From Tubiluchus corallicola (taxonomy: Eukaryota; Animalia; Priapulida): 64,000 bases of DNA. The stretch covers positions 186,001 through 250,000 of the forward strand of contig JAQGDQ010000122.1 in assembly GCA_030141605.1 (NCBI GenBank). The letters run 5' to 3'. The notes beneath the pieces are model-generated. The model saw only the letters and a program-made list of their open reading frames with translations. It had not been told where the DNA came from and did not search any database. The translations under genes and the position numbers were made by a program. This document shows, one piece after another, positions 1 through 13,300 of the stretch; position 1 is the stretch's first letter, and the number at the start of each line of letters is the position of its first letter.

Positions 1-189
1 CAGTTGCAAAATGAAGCACATTTTATGCTTCCATTGAATCCCAATGTATCCCGTGAGATACAGGCTATATTTAGCACGGGGGCACAGGTAGAAAAAAAAT
101 TATTATGCGTAAACAAGATGGACATACTGAACAAAAGTACCAAGCCAAAAAATTTTCCTTGTTAAAAAAATAATTTGGGACTGAAAGGG
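1..189 (-). mobile_element. Partial piggyBac-type MITE (same family as 14231-14663)
   Basis: Ends ...gggactgaaaggg|TTAA; its reverse complement matches 14231 onward (ccctttcagtcccaaattatttttt...ggtacttttgttc). Confidence 0.7.
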
Positions 190-303
190 TTAAGACTTTT
201 GAAGCAATTATATTACTTGTTAATTTACAAAGTTCAAAGTTTCTTATTGGTATTATATCACATTAGGTAGGAAAAAGATACTAAACTGTCGAATATATTT
301 TAG

Positions 304-3300
304 GTTACGGTGGACTGAGTATTTCAATTGAAGGCCCTAGTAAAGCTGATATCGACTGCAAAGATAATGAAGACGGCACATGCAAAGTTACGTACAAACC
401 CACCGAGCCAGGAAACTATGTGGTCAACGTCAAGTTCGCTGACAAGCCTGTACCCGGCAGTCCGTTCAACGTCAACGTGGAGGGCGAAGGAGCCGGAACG
501 AAGCTGGAGAAGATAGTGCGTCGTACGGAGTCCGCATCCGTGACCAGCGTGGGCAGCGAATGTGAACTGTCTCTGCGTATTCCTGGTAAGTTGCTCTGTT
601 CAGAACACATTGTACAGGGATGAGAATTTTCTGTGGATACGCGGAATTCCGAGTTTTTGGAAGACCAGTAGTGCCGGTTTTGTAAATCGCGTAAATTCGT
701 TGAGAAAATTTTTACGGACCCAGTACATTATTTCACAAGCTGACCGCTAGATGGCGGACAGTCACTTTGTTTACATCACGTACATCAGTGTAACCACGTG
801 TAGATCTCTATGTATAAAAATATAGAATCAATTGTGTGGAGTTATTTGAGTCAAATGCAGACAGTTTTTATATACTTTTGCATAGGAGCGGCCAGTACTT
901 ACACGTTTTTGAGAAAATTAGGTATCATGTATCCTTGATAGTTGGGTGTTTTAAATTATGCATGAAACGACGTAATTGATATTTTAAGTCCACTTAGAGG
1001 CTCACTATGGTCACAAAATTGCAATTTGTTGCTGCCTACGGCCTGTTTCAGAGTTTTTACAATTTTTAATTCTCATCCCTGATTGTAGAGTTTCATCTTG
1101 TAGCCATACTTGTTTCATTTGTCCGTGTTTGCTTTTTTATCTGCTCGTATTTTGGTGAAAAGTGGATTTTTTAACAAGTAGTTGATTGTACAACAGAAAT
1201 TACATAGTAGTGGTGGCACTGAACTTTCGAATTTGATTTAAACGAGTTTTTTAGGTACGCATATTTGCTTGGCTTTCTCAGCATGATAGATTTCCGACTT
1301 ATATAATATTTCATCAATACGTTGTTATTTGTTAATTTTTTAATTATTTTTCTATTCTAAGTGATTGTCTGTTCTCTTTAAGAGCATTTTGTAAAAACAA
1401 ATCTAAAACCAATATCAGGTGCATTTTCTGACATTTTTAGGACGTTTTTTCAAATTAAATCATTCTTTGTTCTTCCTGGTTTTTTGTTTATTCAGCCATC
1501 AGTTGCAAAGCTTCTCCCAAGCTGCACAGGTAAATGGTTAAATGAATTTACTTTGCCGGCATTGATTGAACAGTGTCATACTGTGTTATTGTGCACTAGT
1601 CTTTGCTGTGTGTGCGCGCTGCTAGTGTAAGCAAGCCAGCTTTTAGGTAACTTTGATTGCCTGATTGATTGGCTTATGCTCGTTCTATTATGTGAAAAGT
1701 TGCAGAATATGATGAAAGAGAAATCTGCTCTAGTTGACAGTGTGTCAATGGCCTCTCGGGTCGTGGATGCTTTTCTTGTGTTCTGCGTCAATTGTACAAA
1801 ATCTGCTTGAGTTGACAGTGTGTCGATGAGCTCACGGGTGATGACTTCTTTTTGCGTGTTGTCGGTTGATGAGCGTAACTGAATGCGTGCAGTTAGACAT
1901 TAGTGAAAATCATTGCAAATGTGTCATGAGTTAAAAAGATTCCTTTTGATTTGTCCCTTGAAATCACATGATTTTATATTTTGATTTGAAAGTCTGAAAT
2001 GCACAATAGCTTCATTTTTGAAGAATTGTGCATTGGACATTGTGCAACAGTTGAGGCTTATGTATTGTGAATACCTAACTCCTGTTTACTATGGAAATTC
2101 AGGAATTGTGTGACGATATCACGTGCTCGGCTGCTCTGTTTTATTATTATTGTAAGCTTTTGTACATCTTTTTTTCCACTTTCTTATTGTTTTTTGTTGC
2201 TGATGAAGTCTGTCTCTGATTTTCGATTGATTTGTGATTTGGGCAATATTTGTTCATGGATTTGAAAAACTAAACAAAAAAATTTATACGCACTAGAAAG
2301 GAATTTACGAAATTTAACAATCCAACAATTTTGTACTTAGTGATGTAGTATAATGTAATATAGTAACATATATATATATATATGTATTATTTTGTTTAAA
2401 TCTCAGATGTTTTAAATCATATTTTCTCAAAAAGAATTTCCTGTGTTGATAATCTTCAGTCATGAATGTTCAAGTAATTTAGACTGACATGCATAGAACT
2501 GCCACTGGTGCTTTTACTACATACATTTTTTTGTACAAATGTTACTGCATATATATTTTTATATATTTATATATGCAGTAACATTTTTTGCAAAAAATGT
2601 ATGTAGTGAAAGTACTAGTGTCAGTTTTTTGCATGTCAGTCAAAATTACTTGAACATTCATGACTGAGTGTGAACAATATTGAATGTTCATTCGCTAGTA
2701 TTGAATAATGATAGTTAAATTTTGATCACGCTCTTCGTTTCTTACAGACACAGTCGTGTCAGACATGACGGCAGTTGTAACAAGTCCTAGTGGTGTGAGT
2801 GAGACATGCCAAGTGCAACCCATTGCTGACAACCGTTATACCGTAAAGTTTGTGCCTAAAGAAATGGGTATCCATACTGTCAGTGTGAAGCATAGAGGCA
2901 TGCACATACCTGGTAAGTTCCTAGCTCCTTTGATTTAACTTTAGTATATCAGCAGTTTGACTATAACTGCATTAAAATCTTAGAACTCACGTGTTGTGAA
3001 AATATTTGAGTGAGACAAAAAAAGTTAGCCCAGAATAATGCCACGATTTGGTGGTTGTTTGCTATGTCGTGGCAAATTAATGTCTGAATTATTACATTGT
3101 TTCAGAAAAACTCACAAGTATTAGACTCTTTCTTTACTAATGAACGTGTTAAAAGTTTATTTTGTTCCTGGTTGTCATGTAAGATGAAGATTACAAGACA
3201 GATGACAAAAAAATGAATTAAAGCAAGGAAGATACATTGTAAACAATGTAAATGAATATAAATATTTTGAATGCAATTGAAACAATGTATGTTGGCAGAA

Positions 3301-6300
3301 TGCATTGTGCTGGTTCGACTGAAAAAACAATGGTTGAAATATTAGAACAGTGGAAAAGAATGCCAGCAGTTATGTGAGTGATTTTACTGCAGTGTTGCTG
3401 TGGTTTGTTAGAGTAACACAATCATCTTTCCTTGTGGTACATGAACACCGGGTACACAGATATCTCTTTTGCTATTGCAGGCAGTCCCTTCCAGTTCACC
3501 GTTGGCCCCTTGCAGGAGGGAGGTGCTCACAAGGTCCGAGCTGGAGGACCTGGATTGGAACGTGGCGAAGTTAACCAGCCATGTAAGTATAATTAAAATC
3601 ATAATTATGAAGCAAATAATGAATTCGTGATTTTTTTAGAATCTAAATCTGCCCAAAATCTATACAAAGTATTAATTGGCATCATTAAGAACTTAAATTA
3701 ACTTATTGCATATGATATTGTTTATTTAACCATAGCATATCTATACAGAAGAAAACTCACATACTCTAAGGGAAATAAGAATATAATGCGGTACAATACA
3801 AAATGGAAACGACATCTACATGACATCGTACATGTATAAGTTTAGTTGTTTCAGCTGTAGCTGAGTGACTCATGTTGTTTATGTATTGATGCTCCTAGAA
3901 GTGAACCGTTGAACTCACTAAGTCATATGAACGGTTTCATTACAACATGATTCAGAACTTTATTAATGCTGGCATGCCTTGGGGCTGAATTTTCGTGCCA
4001 CTTGTTTCTAATCTTTTAAGTAGAATTGCCAAAAAAAGACTCAATGTGGATCATACGAAATTTTATTCGTTTAATAAAGAAGCCAGTTTGAATTACTTTG
4101 CTTTTTTAACACCTAAATTTATGTAATTTTTTTAATGCACTTCAACTGAAATTATAAACTTTAGGTTGAAAAACACTGGTAGTTTTCTTGTAAGCACAGT
4201 TTTGTTTTTTCCATGTATTTTGCAAACTGGTGATTGTGTTTTTAATTTACAGGTGAATTTAGCATCTACACACGTGAAGCTGGAGCTGGAGGATTGTCTA
4301 TTGCCGTGGAGGGACCCGGAAAAGCGGAAATAGATTTCGAGGACAGAAAGGATGGATCTTGCGGAGTTTCTTATGTGGTGCAAGAACCAGGTAGGTTGTG
4401 TTACATTTTGCTCTTTCTGATTGCTGAAAGGAACAGTTTAAACACTTTGTTGCTACCTTGACTGTGTTGATGTACTTCTTGATTGTTGAAAAGAGCAGTT
4501 TGTACATTTTGTTGCTACCTTGACGTTGTTGATATAGCAGCGCAATTTCTCATTTTATGTTTTTTTGAATTTGTGTAACAGATACTTGGGGTACCCTGTT
4601 CCTGCATGGTGATCAGAGTAACGTTTCGTCATTGATTATGATTAAACATTTTATCATTACTGTTGATTGTGATTGAAATTAGTTTGAGGCTGATATCGAC
4701 TAGTGTTACGTACATTGATAAGCTGATACACTAGGCTTTATTTTATTTTGTTTTGTTTTTATGTTGTAAATTGTCATGAATTTATTTAATAAATGTACAT
4801 TTTGTTTGTTCTTTGTCTACCACCACGAGTGAAAATTTTTGCTCCTTAATTTTTCCACTTGCAAAGGTTTTGTGAGTAAATAATTCCATAAAAAAATTTA
4901 CAAACGGCAGTGTTTGTATACTCAGTAAACTGCATGGCAATAATTGTTGTGCAGTAATTTATTAATCATTTTTAACCATGTGTTTTCGTACAGGTGATTA
5001 TAACGTCAGTGTCAAGTTTAATGATGTACATATCCCAGACTCTCCATTCAAAGTGAATGTGGCTCCAGCTTTGGGCGAGGCAAGGAGACTAGAGGTAGCA
5101 TCACTGCAGGATACCGGACTACAGGTATTCATTTGTATATTGTATGTTGCTAGATTATTAATTATGTTGAGGCGTATCCCTCAAAATTAATTTCTTCATT
5201 AAACAAGTAAAAAATTCACATGATTATCACATGAGTTACTAATTATCGTAGTTAAAATACACAATATAGTGTTTACATCTGGTGATGTTGGTGATATAAT
5301 TTAGAAAAAACAAAGGTCCCAAAATTGAACCCTGAGGCAGGCTGTTAATAAAACGGTGAATTATGTCACAATGCCGTTTTATTTCGTGAGTTATGCAGTT
5401 CATTTCTACATGTCCTGATACATGAACAACACTAATCATTCAACTAAAGCTGAATCAGCTGAAAATCATGTGTATATATAAGAGTTTTCTTTTAGTTAGT
5501 CTAGCTTTTCTTGTTCTATAATTAATTTCATCATTTCTCTTCTTTTTTTGCATGACTAGGAAAATATAGAGGTAAATTTTGCTTTTTCTACTTGTAATTT
5601 CTTCTCTCTTAATTCATTTCACCTACCTTACAGTTCGTGTGCTATACTGATGAAGAACAACAAATTCTACTTACATCTTAATGTTTAGTAGCTATAATAG
5701 TTGCTTATATGGCCTAATAGTTGTGCTTAGATTGGCTAAAGGCACTTTTACAATTTGGCTATGTGCTGAGTTTCTAATGGAATGATTCGTTAAAATTCTG
5801 CTGTTTTCTAGGTTAACAAGCCTGCTGCATTCAAGGTCAATTTCCATGGTGCTAAAGGTCATCTGGACGCTAGGGTGGTGTCCCCATCTGGTGCTGAAGA
5901 TGATGCGTTTATCGATCGCATTGATGATGGTAATTTAATTCCCGTCTTTAGTCACTGCTGTAACTTGATGGCGTAGTTGACTAAAAGCACAGATTTTTTT
6001 GTTACAGCCATTCAATAAATGGCTTGTAAACTTGTTATATAACAATAATAAAATGAATTTTTAATTGAAGTGAAATCATAAAATGAAATATATAAGAAAC
6101 CTGGACACAAATATTAACTAGTTCAGACAAACTTGTAAAGTTCAGCAAACATGTTAAATGGTGTAAAAACTTGTTTTCTGTTGCCCTTTTTTTGAGTAGC
6201 TAATTGTATGTACGTTATTAATTGCTAAATTCTCTCATCTGAAGCAGAAGTGCAGGAATGTTCTTATCTGGTTAATTATTTCATAGTACAGCAGCATCTG

Positions 6301-9300
6301 ATTACATAACTTGATTATTTACAGTTTTTCTTTATCATTTACTGAATATTTTTGTTTACAGAATCCTATGCTATTCGTTTCATCCCGCGTGAGAATGGGG
6401 TACATTACGTGCACGTCAAGTTCAACGGTACGCACATTCGTGGCAGCCCATTCCGTATCCTTGTAGGAGATGAACATACGGGAGATCCGGGCAAAGTGCG
6501 CGTCTACGGTGACGGTCTTATCCGCGGCGTTACAAGTGAGTGTTATTTACCTCTCCTGCACGCGATTGTGAATTGTTTCAGCTGCAACGGCTACAAATTG
6601 AACGTTTGTTTGACAGACATGTTTATTTTTTCATTGTTATTTTGTATAATTTAGAATCAATATAAAAACTTTACAAAATTCTTAAAAATTGTACTATTCT
6701 GAAACCCTGTCAGCTCATACAATAAATAATAATAGCCTATTTATCATAATAATGATATCAGTAGTAATAATAATCATACAGTAATAATAATACATAAAAT
6801 TTAGATAGCGCCCCAAATATGTAAAAACACTCATTTGCACTTTAGAACCAAAGATTTTACAAAGTCTTAAATAAATCATAAATTATACGCGCTATAAAGA
6901 AAAGCCTTGAAAATTTAAATTAAAAAAGCGATTTAAAATTTAGTTAGCAAAATTAAAAACCAATTCATTTTCCATGTCTTCAACAATCTAATTGTATTAT
7001 CGCAACTTCTAATATTCGGTGGAAGGCAGAATCATCAGATCAGTTTGCTTATATGGTGAATCATTATTATTGGTGCAGTTGCCAAACCTTGCGGGGTGCA
7101 TTTCATAAGCAGCACTGCTCTTTGGCCTTGCCTTCACCACAGTACAGTGACTCATTGTAAAAAGGTTTCCTGTGTCTATGGTTCACTCGTCTGTAGTTTT
7201 TATGCCGTCTAGCGACAACTAAAGATTAGCAATATTTGAATTGAAAAAACACACCAAGTCAAACAGCCACTGCAGTTTCTCTTTATATGAAAGACAACAG
7301 ACAAAAAAAAATCACACGGAATCTTTCACTTGACTGCAGTGATTGTTTAAAATATATTTTTTTCTTAGTATTTAATTGTGAGATTTTTTAAATTCATTGT
7401 TACTATTCTTGTTATTAAAAATTAATTTGTGTTTTAATAATTATCAGTAGTAAGTTTTGAATGAACAATGATAACCGGATGGCTATCGAAAAGTCTTACA
7501 TAATAACTTTTGTATAATAGTAGAAAGTTATGTATTATGGGTTACTATAACAGGTATTATAGGTTGTTATGTATTATGGGTTACTATAACAGGTATTATA
7601 GGTTGTTATGTATTATGGGTTACTATAACAGGTATTATAGGTTGTTATGCATTATGGGTTACTATAACAGGTATTATAGGTTGTTATGTATTATGGGTTA
7701 CTATAACAGGTATTATAGGTTGTTATGTATTATGGGTTACTTTAACTCGATTCATTCAATGTTGTCCTAGGCCGGAAGAGCGAATTCTTTGTCGATACAA
7801 CTCAAGCTGGTGCTGGTACGCTGGGTATCAGCGTCGATGGTCCTAGCAAAGTGGCTATCGACTGCCATGAGGAACCGAACGGATATAAGATCACTTACAC
7901 ACCACAGGCACCCGGCAACTATTACATCAGCGTTAAATACAACGGTGTTCACGTGAGCGGCAGTCCTTTCAAGGCCATCGTTACAGGTTTGTACAGACAT
8001 TTTTATCATTTGTTAGTTACCAGAAATCAGAAAGTCTGGGGTTCGAGTCCCAGTGTAGGTGCAAGATTTTTCAATTTTTTTAATTTAGCATTGCTTTCAA
8101 TCATTTATTTGATTAAGTTTTAAATACATGTAATTAACATATTTTTTTGTTCTAATTATGTTTCTCTGAAAAAAGCTTTATTTTGGTGATATTGTTCGTC
8201 TGTCTGCCTGTCTACTTATCGTGTTGCTTGTTTGTGTGCACTGTTGCCTGTTACCTGAACTTGCCCAAAAATCGAAAATCTTAGAAAATATTTCACGAAC
8301 GTAAATTTTTCTAATATTGCTAATGTATTTGAAAACAAACACATGTGTAAAATTTGTTATGATGTATTGAAGTTTTTTATGGATTGAGTAACATTATTTG
8401 GAGTCTAGGCCGCTGTCTTTCGTCAATCAAAACTTAATCATTCTTAAAGTTTCTGCCAATACATGATTAGAGATTATTCACAGACTTGTTATCTATAATA
8501 TAATATTTTTTATAACTGTAATACATAGGCCTAGAATTGGTGTACTTAACTGTATAGCACATTGCTTTTATTTTGTCTTCGTTGTTCTCGATGTCTCATC
8601 TTGGTAATGTCTGTTTGAACTATAGTTTTTTCTGGTTACCAAATATCATAGTTAGTAGATTTACGTAGAATTATAGCCAATAAACTAACTAACTAACTAT
8701 GAGTAAATGTTGTTGGTAATTAAACTGTTAATGCTGGTGATTGATCACATGGTCGACATGAGTTTGATGCCATGCCAAGTCGATTTTGAGAAAGTTCTGT
8801 TTGTCATACGTTAGAAAGATAGTAGGCTAAGTGGTATAGTTTTGCTTAGTGCGGTAACTCAGTATTAAGTTTCCCCACATTTAAGCATCGCTGGCACTGC
8901 TTATTCCTTGAATGGTGATTGCAAATCTTTCAGTAGCTGAGAGTTTCCGCCACGTAGCAATACCTACCTAAACATCAAAAGTGCAGCCGTCGTCTCAGTC
9001 TTAGAGCCAAAAACCTTCTGTTGTTTTTTTTAGTGATGCTTAATTCCTCTTGTGGAGCTCGTAAACTAATCTTGTTTTTTCAAACCCAAAATCGTAGCAT
9101 CATTAGGATGCCAGGCAGTTTGAACGAGGCCAGTGTGAGTAAAACAGTTACTGTTGAACGTATTTGACAAATTATTTACCAGTGTTGTGTAAATTTCTCT
9201 AGGGGTCTCTGTTTTGGTGTACAACTTGGGAACTATTTATATAATATTGCTTGCAAAAACCTTTTGGAGTACCAAGTGGCTTTTTTTGGGCAGGTAATAC

Positions 9301-10855
9301 TAAAGTGTGAAAAGCCTCATTTTTTATCATTTTCATTGCAGGCCAGAAGAGGGCAGGCGGTGACATCGAGGAGCAATCGACGATGACCGTGGAGACGGTA
9401 ACCAAGACGACTAAAACTCAAACATTTGCAGCTGCTCTTCCTCAGATGCACTCTGATGCCAGTAAAGTGACTTCGCACGGCATGGGATTGCAGAAAGCTT
9501 TCTTACACAAGCAGAATACCTTCCACGTTAATGCTTCAAAAGCAGGTAAGACTCGGCTGCCGTTTCTGTCTCAGCTCAGCGAATTATCGTAGAGATTTGT
9601 CGGCTTTGTGGTTTCTAGTTTTCTTGCTGATTGTTTTGATTTAGCTCTGTCCTTAGACAGAAGCAATTAGGCGTCTTCATAATAGTTCTGATTCTTATAC
9701 AGTTGTAGTATAGAACTGTATAAAAAACTAACATATACAGTGGGTGCCCCTTGTTAGACTCACGGTTAACTGACTCAAAAAACATCTGGTACGGGCCACT
9801 CTTATTCAAATATAAAAATGTCAGCAATTGACTGGAATGATTCCTTGTAATTGACTTAATATTTTTGCTTCAGATACTAAACTAAGACACTTTTGTGTGT
9901 CTAAGAGTCTTTATTACTTTTGTGTCATTTTCTTCTCTGGTTTTGTGCACTATAATATACATAGAAACAATCATTAACATCATGTACTGCTTTGTTTGTA
10001 AGCAGGTACAGTACGTTAATTTATGTGCTAATGTGCCAATGTAGCATTTTTTCTTTCAGTCTGTCTCCCACCCATCTGCTGTAATTAACCTCATTGCTCA
10101 AGAATTTATGGAAGCTAAACTTTTCATCACGTGCCTAGCAGTTTCCTTTTGAAATGCTTGGTGCTTTTCACAAAATGTTTAATCAGTTAGCAGTTGCTGC
10201 TATGCCACCAATGCAGCGGCAGTAATCTGCCTGTATTCTTTGCAACTTTGCAAACATGATGGAATGGCTAAGACCATGGAGTTAATTTTGAAAGAAAGAC
10301 ATAAGCATAAAAGCCTAACATTTTAAGCTCCCGCAGCTTTCTCAATGCACACTTAGCTGAGGAGTGATGACTCTTACTTCTACATTAAAGATATTGCAAT
10401 ATCCGTCAGCTAATAGATTCATTTAGTTAATTGGGTCAAAACTCTACCTTTCTAAAGCGAGTCTGTTAAGCGGCACCTACTATAGTATGTTTAATCATTC
10501 CTGCCTGTACGGTCATTTGCATAACTATAAAACTTATATATATATAACTTATAACTATAAGACTTACTGAAAAGCATAAAATGTACAGAAAAAAGGCAGA
10601 ATAATGTAGCAAATGTTGAGTTTGAATGTGTGAGAATACACCACAACTTATGGAACATTTATGTTTTTAGGTAACAACATGCTAATGGTGGGCGTTTACG
10701 GTCCAAAGGTGCCTTGTGAGGAATGTTGTGTGAGACACACCGGTCGTATGCAGTACACCGTCAACTATGTAGTTAAAGAAAAGGGAGAATACGTACTTGT
10801 TGTTAAGTGGGGTGACGAACACATCCCCGGCAGCCCCTTCCATGTCACTGTGTGA
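304..10855 (+). CDS. FLN: Filamin, 3' part (last Ig-like repeats, hinge 2 and dimerisation repeat); 5' exons lie outside the window
   Basis: Ten phase-compatible GT-AG exons: 304-585, 2748-2912, 3481-3582, 4253-4390, 4994-5124, 5812-5929, 6362-6535, 7771-7986, 9342-9545, 10671-10855 (TGA). Typical filamin motifs [79 protein letters not shown]. Confidence 0.97.
615..1081. mobile_element. hAT-like MITE with 14-bp TIRs and a 6-bp TSD
   Basis: CAGGGATGAGAATT (615-628) / AATTCTCATCCCTG (1068-1081), flanked by ATTGTA at 609-614 and 1082-1087. Confidence 0.8.
2456..2667. repeat. Long foldback inverted repeat in a filamin intron
   Basis: Arms of ~95 bp (tcagtcatgaatgttcaagtaattt...ttactgcatata / tatatgcagtaac...aaattacttgaacattcatgactga) around a short AT loop. 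Confidence 0.9.
5250..5345 (-). mobile_element. Small CR1/L2-type reverse transcriptase remnant
   Basis: Translates to [16 protein letters not shown], the RT PQGS motif. Confidence 0.6.
6720..7030 (-). mobile_element. Degenerate L2-type LINE 3' end
   Basis: Minus strand reads LPPNIRSC...LKT-like, then a gcgctatctaaat...(tat)n tail. Confidence 0.4.
7528..7741. repeat. 39-bp minisatellite, ~5.5 copies
   Basis: Unit ttatgtattatgggttactataacaggtattataggttg; explains spurious ORF 7510-7770. Confidence 0.95.
8015..8075 (+). mobile_element. tRNA-derived SINE fragment
   Basis: B-box GGTTCGAGTCCC followed by ggtgcaagatttttcaa, similar to ggtgtaaaatttttcaa after the tRNA-like head at 49778. Confidence 0.5.
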
Positions 10856-11490
10856 AACAGTCTCCGCTTTACCTAATTATTATTATGTAATTTAAACATT
10901 TCGACGGCTTCGGTTATGTGACCTACTGTTGCTGGTCGTGACATTATGCTCATATAGTCTGGTTATCCATGCATATTTAAGTGATCTAGCTTGTGTTCAA
11001 GTTTAATCAGTGTCGAGTTTGTTGCCACCACAAATATAACATCTTCAAGAAAAATCAAAATTGTTTGTTCAGCATAATGTGCTGAAGCATTTGCATTTCC
11101 ATGGAAACGCAGTTGTTTTTGCCCACGTGTCTTGCACATGTATCTTTAGTTCGCCTATCATAATATAATGAAATATATTGTTATGCACTTTGTCGTAACC
11201 ATGGTAACAATTTACTATTGTGCTATTAAGTTAATCTTTTTATAAATCATTTATTACTTTTTTCCTAGTTGTAGTTTATATAAGAAAGTTTGTTCGTAAT
11301 GGTGCTTTTTCAGTTGCAGACGATTATGTAAGTTAACTTCTTATTGGACGGTAGGATAGGCTGGTAGTGACATCTGGGGGTCGTTTTTCTAAACTCGTGT
11401 GAATCTCGCTCGTGATGAAATTATACTATTTATATTTTTTGAAGTGGAGGTAATCGGTGCATTAAGACTGGAAATTAAAATTATTTGAAA

Positions 11491-11496
11491 AATAAA
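11491..11496 (+). terminator. Candidate filamin polyadenylation signal
   Basis: AATAAA ~635 nt after the stop, followed by a T/GT-rich tract (cttttcgtttacattttgttattttg). Confidence 0.55.
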
Positions 11497-11574
11497 ATTA
11501 TTTGAACACTCTTTTCGTTTACATTTTGTTATTTTGCTGTTAGACATTGTAATTCTTTCTCACATTGTCAATGA

Positions 11575-12200
11575 CGTTGGGCAGTTGTATGAACATTGCC
11601 TTAATTGCTGCCTGGACTTTTGGCACCTCGACAAGTTTCTTTGGTAGCAGCCGGCAATATCCATTGAGACTAAACTCCGCGTGTTCAAAGCCAGCGTTCT
11701 GTCCACTCTAATGTATGGCAGCGAAACCTGGACTATCCTAGCGGAGGACGAAAGACGTCGTAACTCGTTCGAAACTAAATTGATAAGGCGCTTTCTCGGC
11801 ATTAGCTATTGGGATCACATCACGAACGCCGAGGTTTACAGACGTGTGGGTCTCGCCGGCACATTGGCAGACCGCATCAGAACGCATCAAATATCTGGGG
11901 CACGTCACACGAATGGCCTGCTCCCGCCTACCGTTCATCTCCATGTTGGAGCCGCTGCAGCACATGGAAGTGCTGCAGAGGAGGTCAACAAAAGCATTTC
12001 TTTTCTAGCTTCAAATCAAGCGCGATATTGTGTCTCCTCTTGAGCTGGACCGCTACCACCAAGTTTCCGATGATCTCACAGAGCTGCCGTCGTACTGCTA
12101 GGACCGGAAGCAGTGGCGTGCGATGGTTCGGGATGCTACCTGTGCAGGCCTGCATCCACCTGGTGGGGCAGCAAGTGGACCAGATTAAAACCTCAAGAAT
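11575..12200 (+). mobile_element. RTE-clade LINE, 5'-truncated 3' remnant
   Basis: ISIETKLRVFKASVLSTLMYGSETWT...FETKLIRRFLGISYWDHITNAEVYRR and downstream ARTGSSG/DRKQWR-type end; frameshifted. Confidence 0.88.
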
Positions 12201-12573
12201 ACCTAAGCACTGAAAAGTTTATGGTACCCCGTATATGTAAAATTCAGAATAAAAACACTAAACTGTAAAATGAAATTTGATCTTTCGAAATGAAAAAAAA
12301 CTTGCAGTAAAATTTATTTACAGGAGACATCATCACCACCATGTGATAAAATACATAGTCAAAAGCAACTTTTTCCTCTTTAGTATCAATATATTCTTTT
12401 AAGCATTACCACACTTGAAATATATTATAAGACATTGTAATTATAATTACTCAACATCATTGAACAGTTCAGTAGTCAGAATCTCGATGCCAATTCATAC
12501 CATCATATTGCAGACAAACAAACTTTCACACATTCTGGTAAAATTTTGGGTAGTTATCCGATTTCAGGAAGCC

Positions 12574-13250
12574 AGGACTGATCTTTTTGGGCCAATCTCC
12601 CCCGAGGTCCCAAGCACGTAATCCAGGACTGATCTTTTTGGGCTAATCTCCCCCGAGGTCCCAAGCACGTAATCCAGGACTGATCTTTTTGGGCTAATCT
12701 CCCCCGAGGCCCCAAGCACGTAATCAAGGACTGATCTGTGTGGGGCCACTCTCCCCCGAGCACGTAATCCAGGACTGATCTGTGTGGGCCACTCTCCTTT
12801 GAGGCCCCAAGCGCGTAATCCAGGACTGATCTGTGTGGGCCACTCTCCCCCGAGGCCCCGAGCACGTAATCCAGGACAGATCTGTGTGGGCCACTCTCCC
12901 CCGAGCACGTAATCCAGGACTGATCTGTGTGGGCCACTCATCTTTGAGGCCCCAAGCGCGTAATCCAGGACTGATCTGTGCGGGCCACTCTCCCCCGAGG
13001 CCCCAAGCACGTAATCCCGGACTGATCTATGTGGGCCACTCTTCTCCGAGGTCCCAAGCACGTAATCCAGGACTGATCTGTGTGGGCCACTCTCCCCCGA
13101 GGCCCCGAGCACGTAATCCAGGACTGATCTGTGTGGGCCACTCTCCCCCGAGGCCCCGAGCACGTAATCCAGGACTGATCTGTGTGGGCCACTCTCCCCC
13201 GAGGCCCCGAGCACGTAATCCCGGACTGATCTATGTGGGCCACTCTTCTC
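12574..13250. repeat. GC-rich 51-bp minisatellite, ~13 copies with shorter variants
   Basis: Unit gcacgtaatccaggactgatctgtgtgggccactctcccccgaggccccga; produces the repetitive ORFs at 12554-13258. Confidence 0.95.
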
Positions 13251-13300
13251 CTTACTAAAACCCCTGCCTTTTAGTAAGTGTGCAACACGTATATTTTGCT

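Noticed and set aside
9098-9134. Possible filamin cassette exon (actaat branch point, tag|, |gtgagt)
   Set aside because: 37 or 28 nt, not frame-preserving, with an in-frame TGA; could only be a poison exon and there is no supporting evidence.
12554-13258. Repetitive ORFs on both strands
   Set aside because: By-product of a 51-bp stop-poor minisatellite; no splice or start context.
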